The notes beneath the pieces were generated by a model, which saw nothing but the letters and a program-made list of their open reading frames with translations, did not search any database and was not told where the DNA came from. Of a stretch of DNA of 64,000 nucleotides, positions 25,131-37,039 are shown piece after piece. The translations under genes and the position numbers were made by a program. The DNA comes from Octopus bimaculoides. Taxonomy: Eukaryota. Positions within the stretch are counted from its first letter, which is position 1. Each line of letters starts with the position of its first letter. The stretch is taken from NCBI RefSeq assembly GCF_001194135.2, contig NC_068987.1:90687106-90751105 (forward strand). Reading direction: 5' to 3'.

Positions 25131-25452
25131 TCTCTCTTCATCGCTTTTCCATTAACTCATACAGTACACCTCCTGTCTAAGATGAAATTTATTCCTTTAT
25201 TGAGACATTTAAAGTTCTCAAATGGAATTTTCTTACTTTCAAATCTAAATCAGTGCTTTTATTTCTAAAAGCACTTTTTCTTGTCTTTTTCTATAAATAA
25301 ATGGAGATTCTCTTTCTTGAAAGCAATTCTTTTCGCTTGAGTCTTTTTTCCGTTGAATAAAATCTTTTAAAATCTTTTAAAATTTCAAATGCATTTTTAT
25401 ATTTATTTATCATTAAAATTATCATTATCATCATTATGTATTATTATTATTA

Positions 25453-25489
<37 letters not shown>

Positions 25490-25910
25490 CGTTTAGTATT
25501 TACATTCTGAGCTCAAATCCAGCTGAGATCAACTTTGCCTTTCATCCATTCAGGGTCAACAAAATAAGTACCAGTGATGCATTAGGATCAATGCAGTCAA
25601 TTAATCCCCTTCACCAAAAAATTACTGGCGTTGTGCCGAAATTAGAAAGGATTGATATTGTTATTCAGCATTTCATCCGTCTTCATGTTCTAAGTTCAAA
25701 TCCTGCCAAGGCTGACTTTGCCTTCCAGCCTTCCAGGGTCAATAAAGTAAGTACCAGTTATGCACTGGGGGTCAATGTAATCAATTCACCCCCTTCCCAC
25801 GACATTGCTGAACTTGTGCCAAAATTTGAAACCAAGTGTGGCTGTGTGGTAAGTAGCTTGCTTACCAACCACATAGTTCCGGGTTCAGTCCCATTGCGTG
25901 GCACCTTGGT
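25490..25910 (+). mobile_element. Two partial SINE family B copies followed by a family A head
   Basis: B cores at ~25500-25620 and ~25665-25835; A head gtggctgtgtggtaagtagcttgcttaccaacc at 25838-25907. Confidence 0.78.
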
Positions 25911-26637
25911 GGTGGTAGTAGTAGTGGTGGTGGTGGTGGTGGTGGTGGTGGCAGTGGTGGTGGTGGTGGTAGTAGTAGTAGTAGTGGTGCTGGTGGTGGT
26001 GGTGGTAATAGCAGCAACAGTGATGGTGTAGCAATGCCACTGTAAGTATTACAGTCTTTCTATATATTTTTAAATATCAAATATATAATATCATAATATC
26101 AAATATCGTGAGATATCAAATATATAATATGGTGAAATATCAAAATTAGAAGCCATTTTGTTGTTGTTGTTGTTCTATTTTGATATTTGTGGCTTTATTT
26201 AAATTTTTACTGTTGCTTATTATTATTGTTCTTTCTGTTTTCTATTGACATATGTAGTTCTAGACACGAACTCTGCAGATTCAACTGGAATGGTGAATTT
26301 GATTGCAATGGAAAATACTATGGTGGATAAATTTAATACTGACTGAAAAATATTAAAAACTGCAAAATTCAGTAAATAAATGAATAGAAATATAAAATAA
26401 ATGAAAAAAAATTAAAAAAACAAAGCAGAAATGGCAACAGCTTATAACAGCTTATAAATAAATGTGAGAATAATTCTGTAGTGTCAAAGCAATATTTTTT
26501 ACCACTGGAACGAAAAAAAAAAAAAGTAGCGAGGGAATATTCCTTGCTTCTAAAGAAAAAATATAACAAAATAACAATAAAGATAAAAAATATAATAGAA
26601 ATATAATAAAAAAAAAACATGAGCCATCAAGACTTAC

Positions 26638-26739
26638 TCTTATGGAGGCTTTTATATAAAGGTTTTCTTCTTCCATTTTCCTTCTTAGAATTTCCTTTTG
26701 GATGCGGTCTTCAACAACAACTTCTTCATACTCCTTATA
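26638..26739 (-). CDS. IQCG: IQCG/DRC9 coding exon, 102 bp, phase 0-0
   Basis: ttgtttatttAG | YKEYEEVVVEDRIQKEILRRKMEEENLYIKASIR | GTaagt. Matches the recalled EYEQVIIEDRIEKE segment. Confidence 0.92.
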
Positions 26740-27227
26740 CTAAATAAACAAGAAACCATACATGATGTCTAAAAGCTATTGAAAAGTCAGAATTATAAAA
26801 ACTAAAAAAACAAAAAAAAAAACATAGAATTCCAATATCATGTTTTGGGGAAATGTTTTGGTGGAGAATGGAGAGTGGAATGTGTGATTACTTACTGATG
26901 CAATAGAACCGAAAAAAAAAAAATTCTTTTTAGAATAAATATTAATATAAAGAAATGGCAAACAGTGTTTGAATAAGAAAAGGTAAGATGTAAGCTTTTA
27001 GAGAGTTGAGGCCATGACTCAGTCTCATTTCCTGGTTAAAACCATTCCACTTTACAAATACTGTTTAATAGTCTTAGAAATGGAAATAATGGCACAATTT
27101 TTCCTTCAACTTCCCTTTAAATGTAGGATTGTGATGTCACATTAAAATAAACCACAATCTAATGAAATAGTTCCATCTCCCTAAATTGTTTGTTTCTTTT
27201 TTCAAGAAACACACACACACACACACA

Positions 27228-27337
<110 letters not shown>

Positions 27338-28114
27338 TTATTGTTTTTGTCTCTGGTCTGTTTATTGTATTTTTTGTTTTGTCTTTTTGTTTCTTTACCT
27401 CTTTTTCCTGTTTAGAACTATCAGGTTCCAAGACAGCTTTGACAAACTTTAGTAACCAAACAAGCTGTTTGTTGTAATTACATTTGGCAGAGAAGTACAA
27501 AGGGAAAGCAGAGCTGGATGGAGAAAGCTTTATCTGCAAGAATATGGCTGCACTGTTTATGGAGACAATTTATTTGAGAGTAACAATAATTGAACAAGTC
27601 AATAAAACTGAGAGAAATAGTTTGCTACAAGAGACAAGAATGGTCAGTCGTAGTTGCTGGTGATTGGAAACTTGGTCTCCCATGAAGATATCTGTTGCCT
27701 TCCATCTGGAAAGCAACAGATATTTATGAAAATAAATACCTTCAAAATGAAATGTTAGGCAATATCTACCAAGTATTCATGTTGTTGTTGTTTTTGTTGT
27801 TGTTTAGCTCCAGGTCTTCCCTATTCAAAGATATTCTAACTGTGACCATCCCAACTTTTTTTTCTGAGAATGTAATTTGAGGAAGGTTTGAGGTGGGTGG
27901 TCACCAGAAGACTCCACTACGTCTGACTTTAAAAAAAATATAATAATTTAAAACTAACCCAGAACCACTTTGAGGTTCTTGCGAATGGCACAAAGAAAAC
28001 GCCAAGATTTTGGTCTTCATGTGGAAAGAAAAGGCAGAAAGTTATGTTCCAACTGGAAATCTGGCATCAGGATGTCTTGTGTCAAATTGGACAAAGGATT
28101 ACTTCTACTATCAG

Positions 28115-28445
28115 CATCATCATCATTTGACGGCTGTTTTCCATGCTGGCATGGGTTGGACGGTTCAACTGGCCTCTGGGAAGCCAGGAGGCTGCACCAG
28201 GCCCCAATCTGATCTGGTAGTGTTTCTACAACTGGATGCCCTTCCTAATGCCAACCACTCTGAGAGTGTAGTGGGTGCTTTTTATGTATCATCGGCACAT
28301 GGGCCAGAGGGGGCTGGCATCAACCACGATCGGATGGTGCTTTTTACGTGCCACCAGCACGGAAGCCAGTCAAGGCAGTACTGGCATCGGCCACATTCGG
28401 ATGGTGCTTTTTACGTGCCACTGGCACGGGGATCACAACTACAAT
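28115..28445 (-). mobile_element. RTE-type LINE 3' end with three 3'-UTR modules
   Basis: (CAT)n tail, family terminus, and ggtgcttttta anchors at ~28274, ~28337 and ~28404. Confidence 0.85.
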
Positions 28446-28765
28446 TTCCAAAATCAGAAACAGCCTCTCTGGGGATTCTTTGATCAATCCAAAGCCATGG
28501 TTGAAGAGATTCACCCAAAATGCCATGCACTGAGATTGGAATATAATCAAAGTGCCATGGACTGGACTCCCCCACACCCATCCAGCCACCCCTACTGTTT
28601 ATTTTAACCCAGAACTGCTTTGACCTAATTGGCCTATGGTCAAAGACATTTTCAGACATGACCAAATCAATATTCTATTCAGGCACAGTGTATCTAGGAC
28701 TACATTATCAACTGTGTACTTTGAAATGGTAGGGCAATGATAATGAACCACCTGTTTTAATTACT

Positions 28766-28984
28766 TTAACTCGTTAGCATTCAAACCAGCCACATCTGAC
28801 CTCAATACTCTACCAATTTTATGTTCAAACTGGCCAGATCTGGCCTCTCACACCTATCCTACAATGTCATTCTAAAAATAAGCAAACACATCGTGAAAAT
28901 CTCTTAACATTATTAATTCAAAACAATGTGAATAAGTAAGGATTACATTTGACAGATTAATAATCTGAATGTTAAAGGGATTAA
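28766..28984 (+). mobile_element. TTAA-bounded MITE (piggyBac-like ends)
   Basis: TTAA at 28766 and 28981 with degenerate short TIRs. A homologous inverted copy lies at 52668-52898. Confidence 0.65.
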
Positions 28985-29249
28985 TGTTGTAATTACAGGA
29001 TCACTTACATGTATTTTAATTTTAGGTAAATGCTTATAGATAAGTTTTTTTACAACATGATATCACAGAAAGATTTATGTCCACATCTAACATGTTACTG
29101 CTGGCACATGTATCATTGGTTCGCCATCTTTGCAACAAGATATTATTTGGCTGCTATTTCTAGCAATTTAAGCTGCTACATAGAGATTTCTTTGTTGGTT
29201 GATTTATGCTGTATACTGTCATGTGTAACTTCATTCTGTAAAATGGACA

Positions 29250-29442
29250 GCACTGGGAAGGGCAGCCTCCCATAGAAACCATGCCAAAGCAGACATTGGA
29301 GTTTGGTGCAGCTCTTCAGCTGGCCAGCTCCTGTCAAACCATCCAACCCATAACAGCATGGAAAACGGATGTTAAATGATGATGATGACGATGATGACGA
29401 TGATGATGACGATGATGACGATGATGATGACGATGATGATGT

Positions 29443-29501
<59 letters not shown>

Positions 29502-29502
29502 T

Positions 29503-29575
<73 letters not shown>

Positions 29576-29630
29576 TACGATGATGATAATCACCACAACG
29601 ACGACAACGACGATGATGATGATGAGTCAA
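29250..29630 (+). mobile_element. RTE 3' tip followed by a ~260-bp (GAT/GAC)n tail
   Basis: ccaacccataacagcatggaaaacggatgttaaatgatgat... Confidence 0.82.
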
Positions 29631-29699
29631 AAGCGAAGGAGCAGCCACCAAAGATGTTTGCAGTGTCTCCAAGAATGGTAGGGGTTTAGAGGAGAAAGC

Positions 29700-30062
29700 A
29701 AACACATTTCATAAGGGACTGGGAGCCCTCACTGAGGAAATGGCAAGGGAACGGGAGTTGTGGCGATTTGCTGTACTTGAGAAGACGTGTCAACCTAAGT
29801 AGAGCCACTGTGGCCCATACATACAGGCCTGTCCTTTACAGGTGCCACATAAAATGCACGTGTGCCAGTGCTGCGTAAATGTACCTAAAAGGCATGTGGC
29901 ACACAAAAAGCACCAAGTACACTCTGTAGAGTGGCTGTCATTCGGAAGGGGCATCCAACCATAGAAACCAGACCACAACAGATAACTGGAGTGTGGACAG
30001 CTCCCCAGTCGGCCAGCTCCTATCAGACCAACCAACCCATGTCAGCATGGAAAACGGACATT
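29700..30062 (+). mobile_element. Related RTE-type LINE 3' end
   Basis: gctgtacttgagaagac...aaaagcacc...ccaacccatgtcagcatggaaaacggacattaa. Confidence 0.7.
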
Positions 30063-30223
30063 AAGCCTTTAGTAAAATAACTTAGTTATCATTCAGCTAG
30101 TGTTAGGAACATAAATTGTGACTGAGGTTTGGTGGAAGATTTTAATTGAAAACTTATGAAAACAAGACATTTATACTACAGAGCAAGAGCTGGTTTCAGC
30201 CAGGTTGGTAACGAAAGGGTTAA
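30061..30223. mobile_element. Second TTAA-bounded MITE family
   Basis: ttaagcctttagtaa ... taacgaaagggttaa. Confidence 0.5.
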
Positions 30224-31044
30224 ACAACGATGATGATGCTGACTACAGTAGGAAGAAATGGATAAAGAAGAACCTGTCCTAATTGACCACATCTATGGGG
30301 TTGCAATGACCAGGGGGTGATGTTAAACTAAGCTGCAGACTAATCAAAGTGTTGGGAAAGAAGATGGGTGGGGGCAGTTAAATTCATTAACCGAATTCCA
30401 ACAAAAGTTCTATGGTTAAAGGAGTTTCAATGTTTTAAGGAAGTGGTAACGTACCAAAAATGGTAAGGTACTAAATAAACAAAGGAAAAGTTGAAGATGT
30501 TATTTAGAAAATGAAAATCTCACTATAACAAAGGCCATTAATAAAGGAAATTAATTTTATTAATTGTGCTAATAATAAATAATAAAAAAAAAGACATTAC
30601 TTGTTTTGTTCTAAATAAATCTTATGAAATATAAATTCTATGATTATGTTGTTGTTGTTGTTATTGATATAATAGTAGTAATAGTAGTAGTTGTTGTTGT
30701 GGTAGTTGTTTTGGAAATTTATATCACTTTCTGTAGAATTTGACAAAAAAAAATAAATAAAATGAAAATTAATCACTGTTAATTTATGATTTATGAAATG
30801 ATAATAATAATGATGATGATGATGCTGATGATGATAACACTTGTGATTAATTATAGATGAAACAAGGAAATATTTTATTACATTTTACAATAATTCTGAA
30901 GAGAATGGACTGAGATTAATGTTTATTTACATTTTTGACTTTTGTTTTTTTTTTCATTTCATAAAAATAATTAAAAATTAAATCAGAATTAGAAAAAAAA
31001 ACCAAAAACTAATTGGTATTACACATTATGACAATTACTTTTAT

Positions 31045-31228
31045 TATCAAGCCATGTAAGGTAAGAGTTAGCCATGAGGACAATGACCAATTTAGTGTAC
31101 AGGTGGGTGTTCACCAAGGCTCAGTCCTTAGTCTTCTCATATCCATCATTGTCCTCCAGGTGACAACAGAGGAATTTAAGACTGGAAGCTCATGGGTTGA
31201 TGATCCTGCCCTCGTAGCAGAATTTGTA
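31045..31228 (+). mobile_element. RTE reverse-transcriptase fragment
   Basis: KVRVSHEDNDQFSVQVGVHQGSVLSLLISIIVLQVTTEEFKTG..VDDPAL (QGSVLSP and ADD motifs). Confidence 0.85.
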
Positions 31229-32040
31229 ACATCATCATCATCATCATCATCATCATCATTTAATGTCCTTTCCCATGCTGGCATGGGTTGGATGGTTTGA
31301 CCAGAGCTAGCAAGCTGGAGAGCTGGACCAGGTTCCTATCTGATTTCGGTTTCTACGGCTGGATGCCCTTCTTAACACCAACCCCTTTACAGAGTGTGGC
31401 CTGGGTGCTTTTTACATGGCACGGAGACAGGTGCTTTTTGCCTGGGCCTCGCATGAGTGCTGTTCTACATGGTGCCAGCATAGGTAATTTTTATATGGCA
31501 GTGGCATGGGGGCTCTTACAAGACATAAAACCCCTTCAGCTGGGTGGTGGGTATAAACAATTCTACTGTGATGGACAGGTCTTCTTGAGAACAGCAAGGT
31601 ACCATATACCTTGGTCCTTTGTCGTCTCTTTTGTAAAGCTCAGTGTCCTGAGATCAGCCATCAGTACTTCATCCTGGGTCTTTCTCTTCCACAAGATCCA
31701 TCCCCTTCAGTGATTGACACTTCTTTATATGCAGTCTTCTCTCTTGCACACTGCATCTAATTCCTCTTATGCTTAACTTTCTCTCAACACACTAGTGCTC
31801 TATCAAACATGCACACTTACATTGCGCATCCAACAGAACATGTTAGCTTCATTCCTCTCTGTCCTTCACATGTCTTCTGCATTTGTCTCACTACCATGTA
31901 GTATTGCTGTTCATATATATACGTCCATACAATCTTCCTTTCACTCAAACAGAGAAACCTTTCATTGCCAACAGAAGTAAAAGCTCTCTGAATGTTACCC
32001 ATCTTATTCTTATTTTAGTGGCTACACTTTCTACAGTGAA

Positions 32041-32375
32041 GGCGCATGGCTCAGTGGTTAGAGTGTCAAGCTTACAATCATGAGGTTGTGAGTTCGAATT
32101 CCAGACTGGGCTACGTGTTGTGTTCTTGAGCAAGATACTTTATGTCACGTTGCTCCAGTTCACACAGCTGTAGAAATGAGTTGCGACGTCACTGGTGACA
32201 AGCTGTATTGGCCCCTTTGCCCTTCCCTTGGATAACACTGGTGGTGTGGAGAGGGGAGGCTGGTATGCATGGGCGACTGCTGGTCTTCAATAAAACAACC
32301 TTGCCTGGACTTGTGCCTGGGAGGGTAACTTTCTAGGTGCAATCCCATGGTCAGTTATGACCGAAGGGTATCTCA
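32041..32375 (+). mobile_element. tRNA-headed SINE family C, full length, inserted in the RTE copy with an apparent 12-bp TSD
   Basis: ggcgcatggctcagtggttagagtg...gagttcgaattcc head. ACACTTTC(T/C)ACA occurs at 32024-32035 and 32381-32392. Confidence 0.88.
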
Positions 32376-32799
32376 GCATAACACTTTCCACACATCATCC
32401 CCCATGGCAAATTAGGTCCCCTAGATAGCAGAAATTATCCATCACCTCTGCAACATTTGCGAGAATCATTTCCTGAGTATCTGTAGCTTTTATGACTCCT
32501 GTACATCTCCCACATACAAACACTACTTTCTCTGATAACCTTCCATTTCACTGTACATCTTGTGTGTTCATAGCTTACACTGGACACACTATATGGAATT
32601 CCTGGACAAACTATATGAAATTCCTGGAATGTCCATACACTGGACACATTATATGGAATTTCTGTCTACGCCTTTCTTACATATCAAGCAGGGCCATTTA
32701 CCTGAAGTGGGTAAGAGTCCTGTCTGTTTTATTGCTTACTAAAATCTTAGTCTTTGCTAAGCTAACCTTAAGACCCTTCAATTCCAGGTTTTGATTCCA

Positions 32800-33030
32800 C
32801 ACCTGGAATTTCTTTTCTGGTTCTTTTACTGAATATGCTTTGAATATACGCTGAGCAAAATGTTTGCGGCGTTTCGTCCTTCATTATCTCTTCTGGGTTC
32901 AAATGCTGCCGAGGTCGACTTTGCCTTTCATGAAAATGGAGTTGATAATATAAGTACCAGCTGAAAAATGGGGTCAATTTATTCGACTTACCCCTGCCCC
33001 AAAACTGCTGGGCTTGTGCTAAAGTTTGAA
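32800..33030 (+). mobile_element. SINE family B
   Basis: gccgaggtcgactttgcctttcat...aagtaccagctg core. Confidence 0.78.
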
Positions 33031-33462
33031 ATCAAATTTGAAATCACTTTATATACACACACATCAGCACATATATAGCTTCCCAGGGAGCAGCCATCTT
33101 GAATTCCTCTGTTATAGCCTGGCGGACAATAATGAAAAGGCAGGGACTGAGAACTGAGCACTAATGAATGCCTCCCTGTACACCAAATTCCTCACTGTAC
33201 TCTCCCTACTGACAGAGCCCCTGTACATGGCCTGTACAGCTTTCACCAGCCACTCATCTACCCCTAGCTTCCTCAGAGCCCACCATATCACACAGAAGGG
33301 TATCTATCAAAGGCTAGGCAGGGGTACAAAAAAATTCTAGGTGTGGAAACAAAACCTTTTCCCCACCACCCAAATTTCATCCCCTAACACCCAAAATGCA
33401 CTGATGATGATGTCATGTGATGTATGTATATATATGCATTTATGTATATCTATGTATGCCGG

Positions 33463-33503
<41 letters not shown>

Positions 33504-33559
33504 TTGTTTTTGTTTCTCTACTCTCTGCTTCACAACCAGTGTTGGTTTGATTATGACTG

Positions 33560-33980
33560 GCACCCGTGCCAGTGGAACGCTAACAGCACCATCTGAGTGG
33601 GATCACTGCCAGAGCAGTGGTCTCACTTCCATGCCGGTGGCATGTAAAAAGCACCATTTGAGCGTGATCGTTACCAGCGTCGCCTTACTGGCACTTGTGC
33701 CGGTGACATGTGAACAAAACATTCGAGAGAGGTCATTGCCAGCGCCACTGGACTGACTCCTGTGCAGGTGNNNNNNNNNNNNNNNNCTGGCCCTCATGCC
33801 AGTGGCACGTGAAAGCACCCACTACATTCTCGGAGTGGTTGGCGTTAGGAAGGGCATCCAGCTGTAGAAACTCTGCCAAATCAGATTGGAGCCTGGTGCA
33901 GCCACCTGGTTCACCAGTCCTCAGTCAAATCGTCCAACCCATGCTAGCATGGAAAGCGGGCATTAGACGACGATGATGAA
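33560..33980 (+). mobile_element. RTE-type LINE 3' UTR and terminus
   Basis: Modules with aaaagcacc; terminus ccaacccatgctagcatggaaagcgggcattagacgacgatgat. Confidence 0.85.
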
Positions 33981-34453
33981 CTTAGTCATTCCACAAAAAT
34001 ACTGATTCCACAAAATAGCACAAGATTTTTTTTTTAAAAACCCATAAGTCCTGGAGTTGATTTGTTTGATTAACCCCCTTCGAGCCATTGCTCCAGCATG
34101 GCCACAGTCCAAATGACTGGAACAAGAAAAAGATAAAATATTCATAAAACAGGAGCAAAATGAAGGAAACCTTTGAGTGTAAGAATAACCCCACCATGAC
34201 CACCACCACCACCAGAATTCTTGTTTAAATTTTGTTTTTCAAAAACTTTTTGCAGATTTTTGAATGTTTTAAGTAGAAAATGTAATTACTTTAAACAAGT
34301 AATTAGAAATGTAGATAAAGAAACATAAATAATTGTTTCGGCAATTAGCAATTAGTTGATATAATGAGTATGAAATATAATGAAATCAACAAAAAGGATA
34401 TTCAGATTGGGTCTCAAAGCACTCCACTTCTTTTAGCAGGGGCAGTAGGTGCT

Positions 34454-34508
<55 letters not shown>

Positions 34509-34593
34509 CAGCAGCAGCAGCAGCAGTAACGGCAGCAGCAGCCACAGTAACAGCAGCAGAGGTAGTTGTAGTACAACAGCAGTAGTAGAAACG

Positions 34594-34631
<38 letters not shown>

Positions 34632-34652
34632 ATTTATTATTATTATTATTAT

Positions 34653-35181
34653 GATTTTATGTTTGACTTTGCTTTGCATTTGTACAAGTTGGATCCAAGT
34701 CTCACCTAGAGACCTCAAGAGACAACAAGTTAGAAGTTCATGTTGGTGTTATGCCTGGGGTACCATATATTTGGTTTTGTACATAGTGGTGTTCTAGAGA
34801 ATGTTTAAAAAAACATAAGAAAATTACAAGTTTGTTTTAAAATTTCAGATGACATAGACAGTATTTTACATAGGATATGGGCAGTTCCCATGAGCACTAT
34901 CTTTTGAATTTCTGCCATTTTGGGGTTTCTTGGTATCTGAGCTAGGTAGCAATCAGCCCCTTTTGCTATCATTCCTAGGGCACCTATGACAACAAGTATT
35001 GTTTTAGTCTTCAGGTTCCACATTTTGTCAATTTTTATTTCAAGATCTTTATACTTGCTCAGTTTTTGCTAGGTCTTGACAGATACGTTTATATCGATTG
35101 GGACAGTCATATCAATGAGGAGGAATGATTTTTGTCTGAAGTCTTTCAAGATAATGTCTGGCCTATTTGCATTTATCTTTC
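34653..35181 (-). mobile_element. RLE-type (R4/Dong-like) LINE 3' fragment, second family
   Basis: RKINANRPDIILKDFRQKSFLLIDMTVPIDINVSVK..KLSKYKDLEIKIDKMWNLKTKTILVVIGALG...QKIVLMGTAHIL. (TAA)n lies at both ends. Confidence 0.88.
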
Positions 35182-35189
35182 TTATTATT

Positions 35190-35747
35190 GAGTGAGAGAG
35201 CAGTGCATGCCATCAAAGTGCCACTGGGGTACAAGTATACAAATCCCAATATATCCATCATAAGGTAAACCCTCATAAGGGTACACCAGGCACATGCATC
35301 ACAACCATACGTGTGCAAACATAGTGACCTCATATCAAGATAAACAGCGCATGACCTTGCAGGTGAGGTCCAGTTAGAATTCTCTTCAGGTCAAGTAGCC
35401 CATTCTGCTCAAAAGGCCCCTGAATAAGAGTTGTTTAAGGATGATGAATGAAATGCCCACGTTTCCAAAGGTGAATTATCCAAACTCCAAAGAATTCCTC
35501 TCAACACATGACTATGATGCTCCCCCACTACTTCTGCTCATGATCAGATATGCACATATCGTCAGCCACCAAGGGACATGCTCAACTGGCTAAGGTCAAA
35601 CAACTGACAAGCAAATCTGTGGTATCAAGCAGAATATTTGCTGTAGCCCATCTTTTATACCAAGACAAAACAATGTACATGATAACACTTCCAATCAATT
35701 AAGATCAGATGCCATGAGAGCCACTACCTGGTACTGCATCAAGGCAT
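35190..35747 (-). mobile_element. 558-bp non-coding unit bounded by (TAA)n; putative non-autonomous TAA-targeted retroelement
   Basis: Sharp borders at (ATT)n tracts, more balanced composition than its flanks, no ORF and no evident tRNA head. Strand is inferred from its neighbours. Confidence 0.5.
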
Positions 35748-35773
35748 TTATTATTATTATTATTATTATTATT

Positions 35774-36177
35774 GCCTTTGCACAGCTTCTAATACTGGAG
35801 ATGTATTATAGTGTCAGCTGTTCACTACCAGTGAACTAAGGTAACACCTCTTATTTTTCGAGCACCTTCTGGAGTATTCGAGCGGTTCCAAGCAGTGTTG
35901 TTTTCTGCAAGTGCTCCACCCTTATTGCAGCCCCTATTTGTTCCACATACTTCTTGAGATTTTTGCTCACTGTTCCCAGGGTTCCAACAATTATTGGTAC
36001 TACTGCTACCTTTTTCATTGACCACAACTGCTTAACTGTCATATCTCTCGTCTTTTCTTTCTTCCTTATCGCATACCTTGTTGTTAGCTGGGCATGCTAT
36101 ATCTATGATCCAGCATAGTTTGTTTTCTTTCTCAATTAAGACTATGTCCGACTTCCTATTCTCTATCTTATGGTCGC
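35774..36177 (-). mobile_element. RLE-type LINE 3' fragment, same family as 20830-21465
   Basis: Near-identical 3' end (cctttgcacagcttcta...) and VAVVPIIVGTLGTVSKNLKKYVEQIGAAIRVEHLQKTTLLGTARILQKVLEK*. Confidence 0.88.
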
Positions 36178-36203
36178 ATTATTATTATTATTATTATCAT
36201 TAT

Positions 36204-36361
36204 TTTATGTTTGACTTTTGCTTTGCATTTGTACAAGTAAAATAATAATAATAATAATAATAATAATGCGACCATAAGATAGAGAATAGGAAGCCAGACA
36301 TAGTCTTAATTGAGGAAGAAAACAAACTATGTTGGATCATAGATATAGCATATAGCATAGA
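36204..36361. mobile_element. 35-bp 3' tip of RLE family 2 (-) and a 94-bp RLE family 1 fragment (+), separated by (AAT)n
   Basis: 36204-36238 matches 34657-34690. 36268-36361 is an inverted homolog of ~36090-36177. Confidence 0.75.
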
Positions 36362-36403
<42 letters not shown>

Positions 36404-36851
36404 TATTATTATTATTATTATTATTATATGAGGATGGCAGATAAACTGTCAGATTTATTTGTGTGTTTCTTTGCAATGTTAACCCTAAAAATATTTTTAT
36501 TGTTGTGCTTTAAGGGGTTTTTCTTTTAGGGGCCCATTACTTCCTCTAGAATTGTTATTTATAGTTTTGAAATTTGGAGAAAAAATGGGGAAAATAATTG
36601 TGTGTGTGGAAAATAAATGGAAATATATGAACAAATTTATCTGACAGCCCCACTAGATCACCACTGACCCTTTTATGCTTGTGTAGTGTGTCAAGAGCAA
36701 CCATGCATAGCATGATCAAAGTCAAGGGTAACCAAAATAAAATGGTTCAACCTGAAATTGAATCCAAATCACATTCAACTGACCCTCACTGATGAATGCT
36801 TGTACTGTAAAACAGGATTCCACCTCTTACAAATGGATATTAAGAATTTAC

Positions 36852-36983
36852 CTTGCGTGTTAAGTCAACCAGTCTCTTCCAATCAGTATTTTTCAATGTC
36901 TTCAGATCATCCAACTGCTTCTGTTTGTCTTCAACATCCTTTTCGTGCTTTTCCATCCAAAATTCTAATTTTTCATCCAGACG
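36852..36983 (-). CDS. IQCG: IQCG/DRC9 coding exon, 132 bp, phase 0-0
   Basis: gaaacAG | RLDEKLEFWMEKHEKDVEDKQKQLDDLKTLKNTDWKRLVDLTRK | GTaaat. Contains the diagnostic LEFWMEK motif of IQCG. Confidence 0.92.
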
Positions 36984-37039
36984 CTGTTTCACAATTTATA
37001 CAAATACAAATTAATATTGGTTTCACATTTTAGCATAAA

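Larger units (their letters stand above)
31230..33320 (-). mobile_element. Fragmented RTE-type LINE sequence (RT core, Cys-rich insert, YLG region, C-terminus, 3' end) interrupted by two SINEs; may be more than one copy
   Basis: 33320-33060 IWWALRKLGVDEWLVKAVQAMY...SVLSPCLFII..QAITEEFK. 32720-32400 GKWPCLICKKGVDRNSI*CVQC...VCGRC...NFCYLGDLI. 32035-31560 VESVATKIRIRWVTFRELL. Family 3' end and (CAT)n at 31230-31430. Confidence 0.8.

Noticed and set aside
32041-32112. tRNA gene (also 10421, 21538, 58649 and the SINE A/B heads)
   Set aside because: A and B boxes are present, but I see no complete acceptor stem, and each head runs into a shared SINE body. These are tRNA-derived SINE heads.
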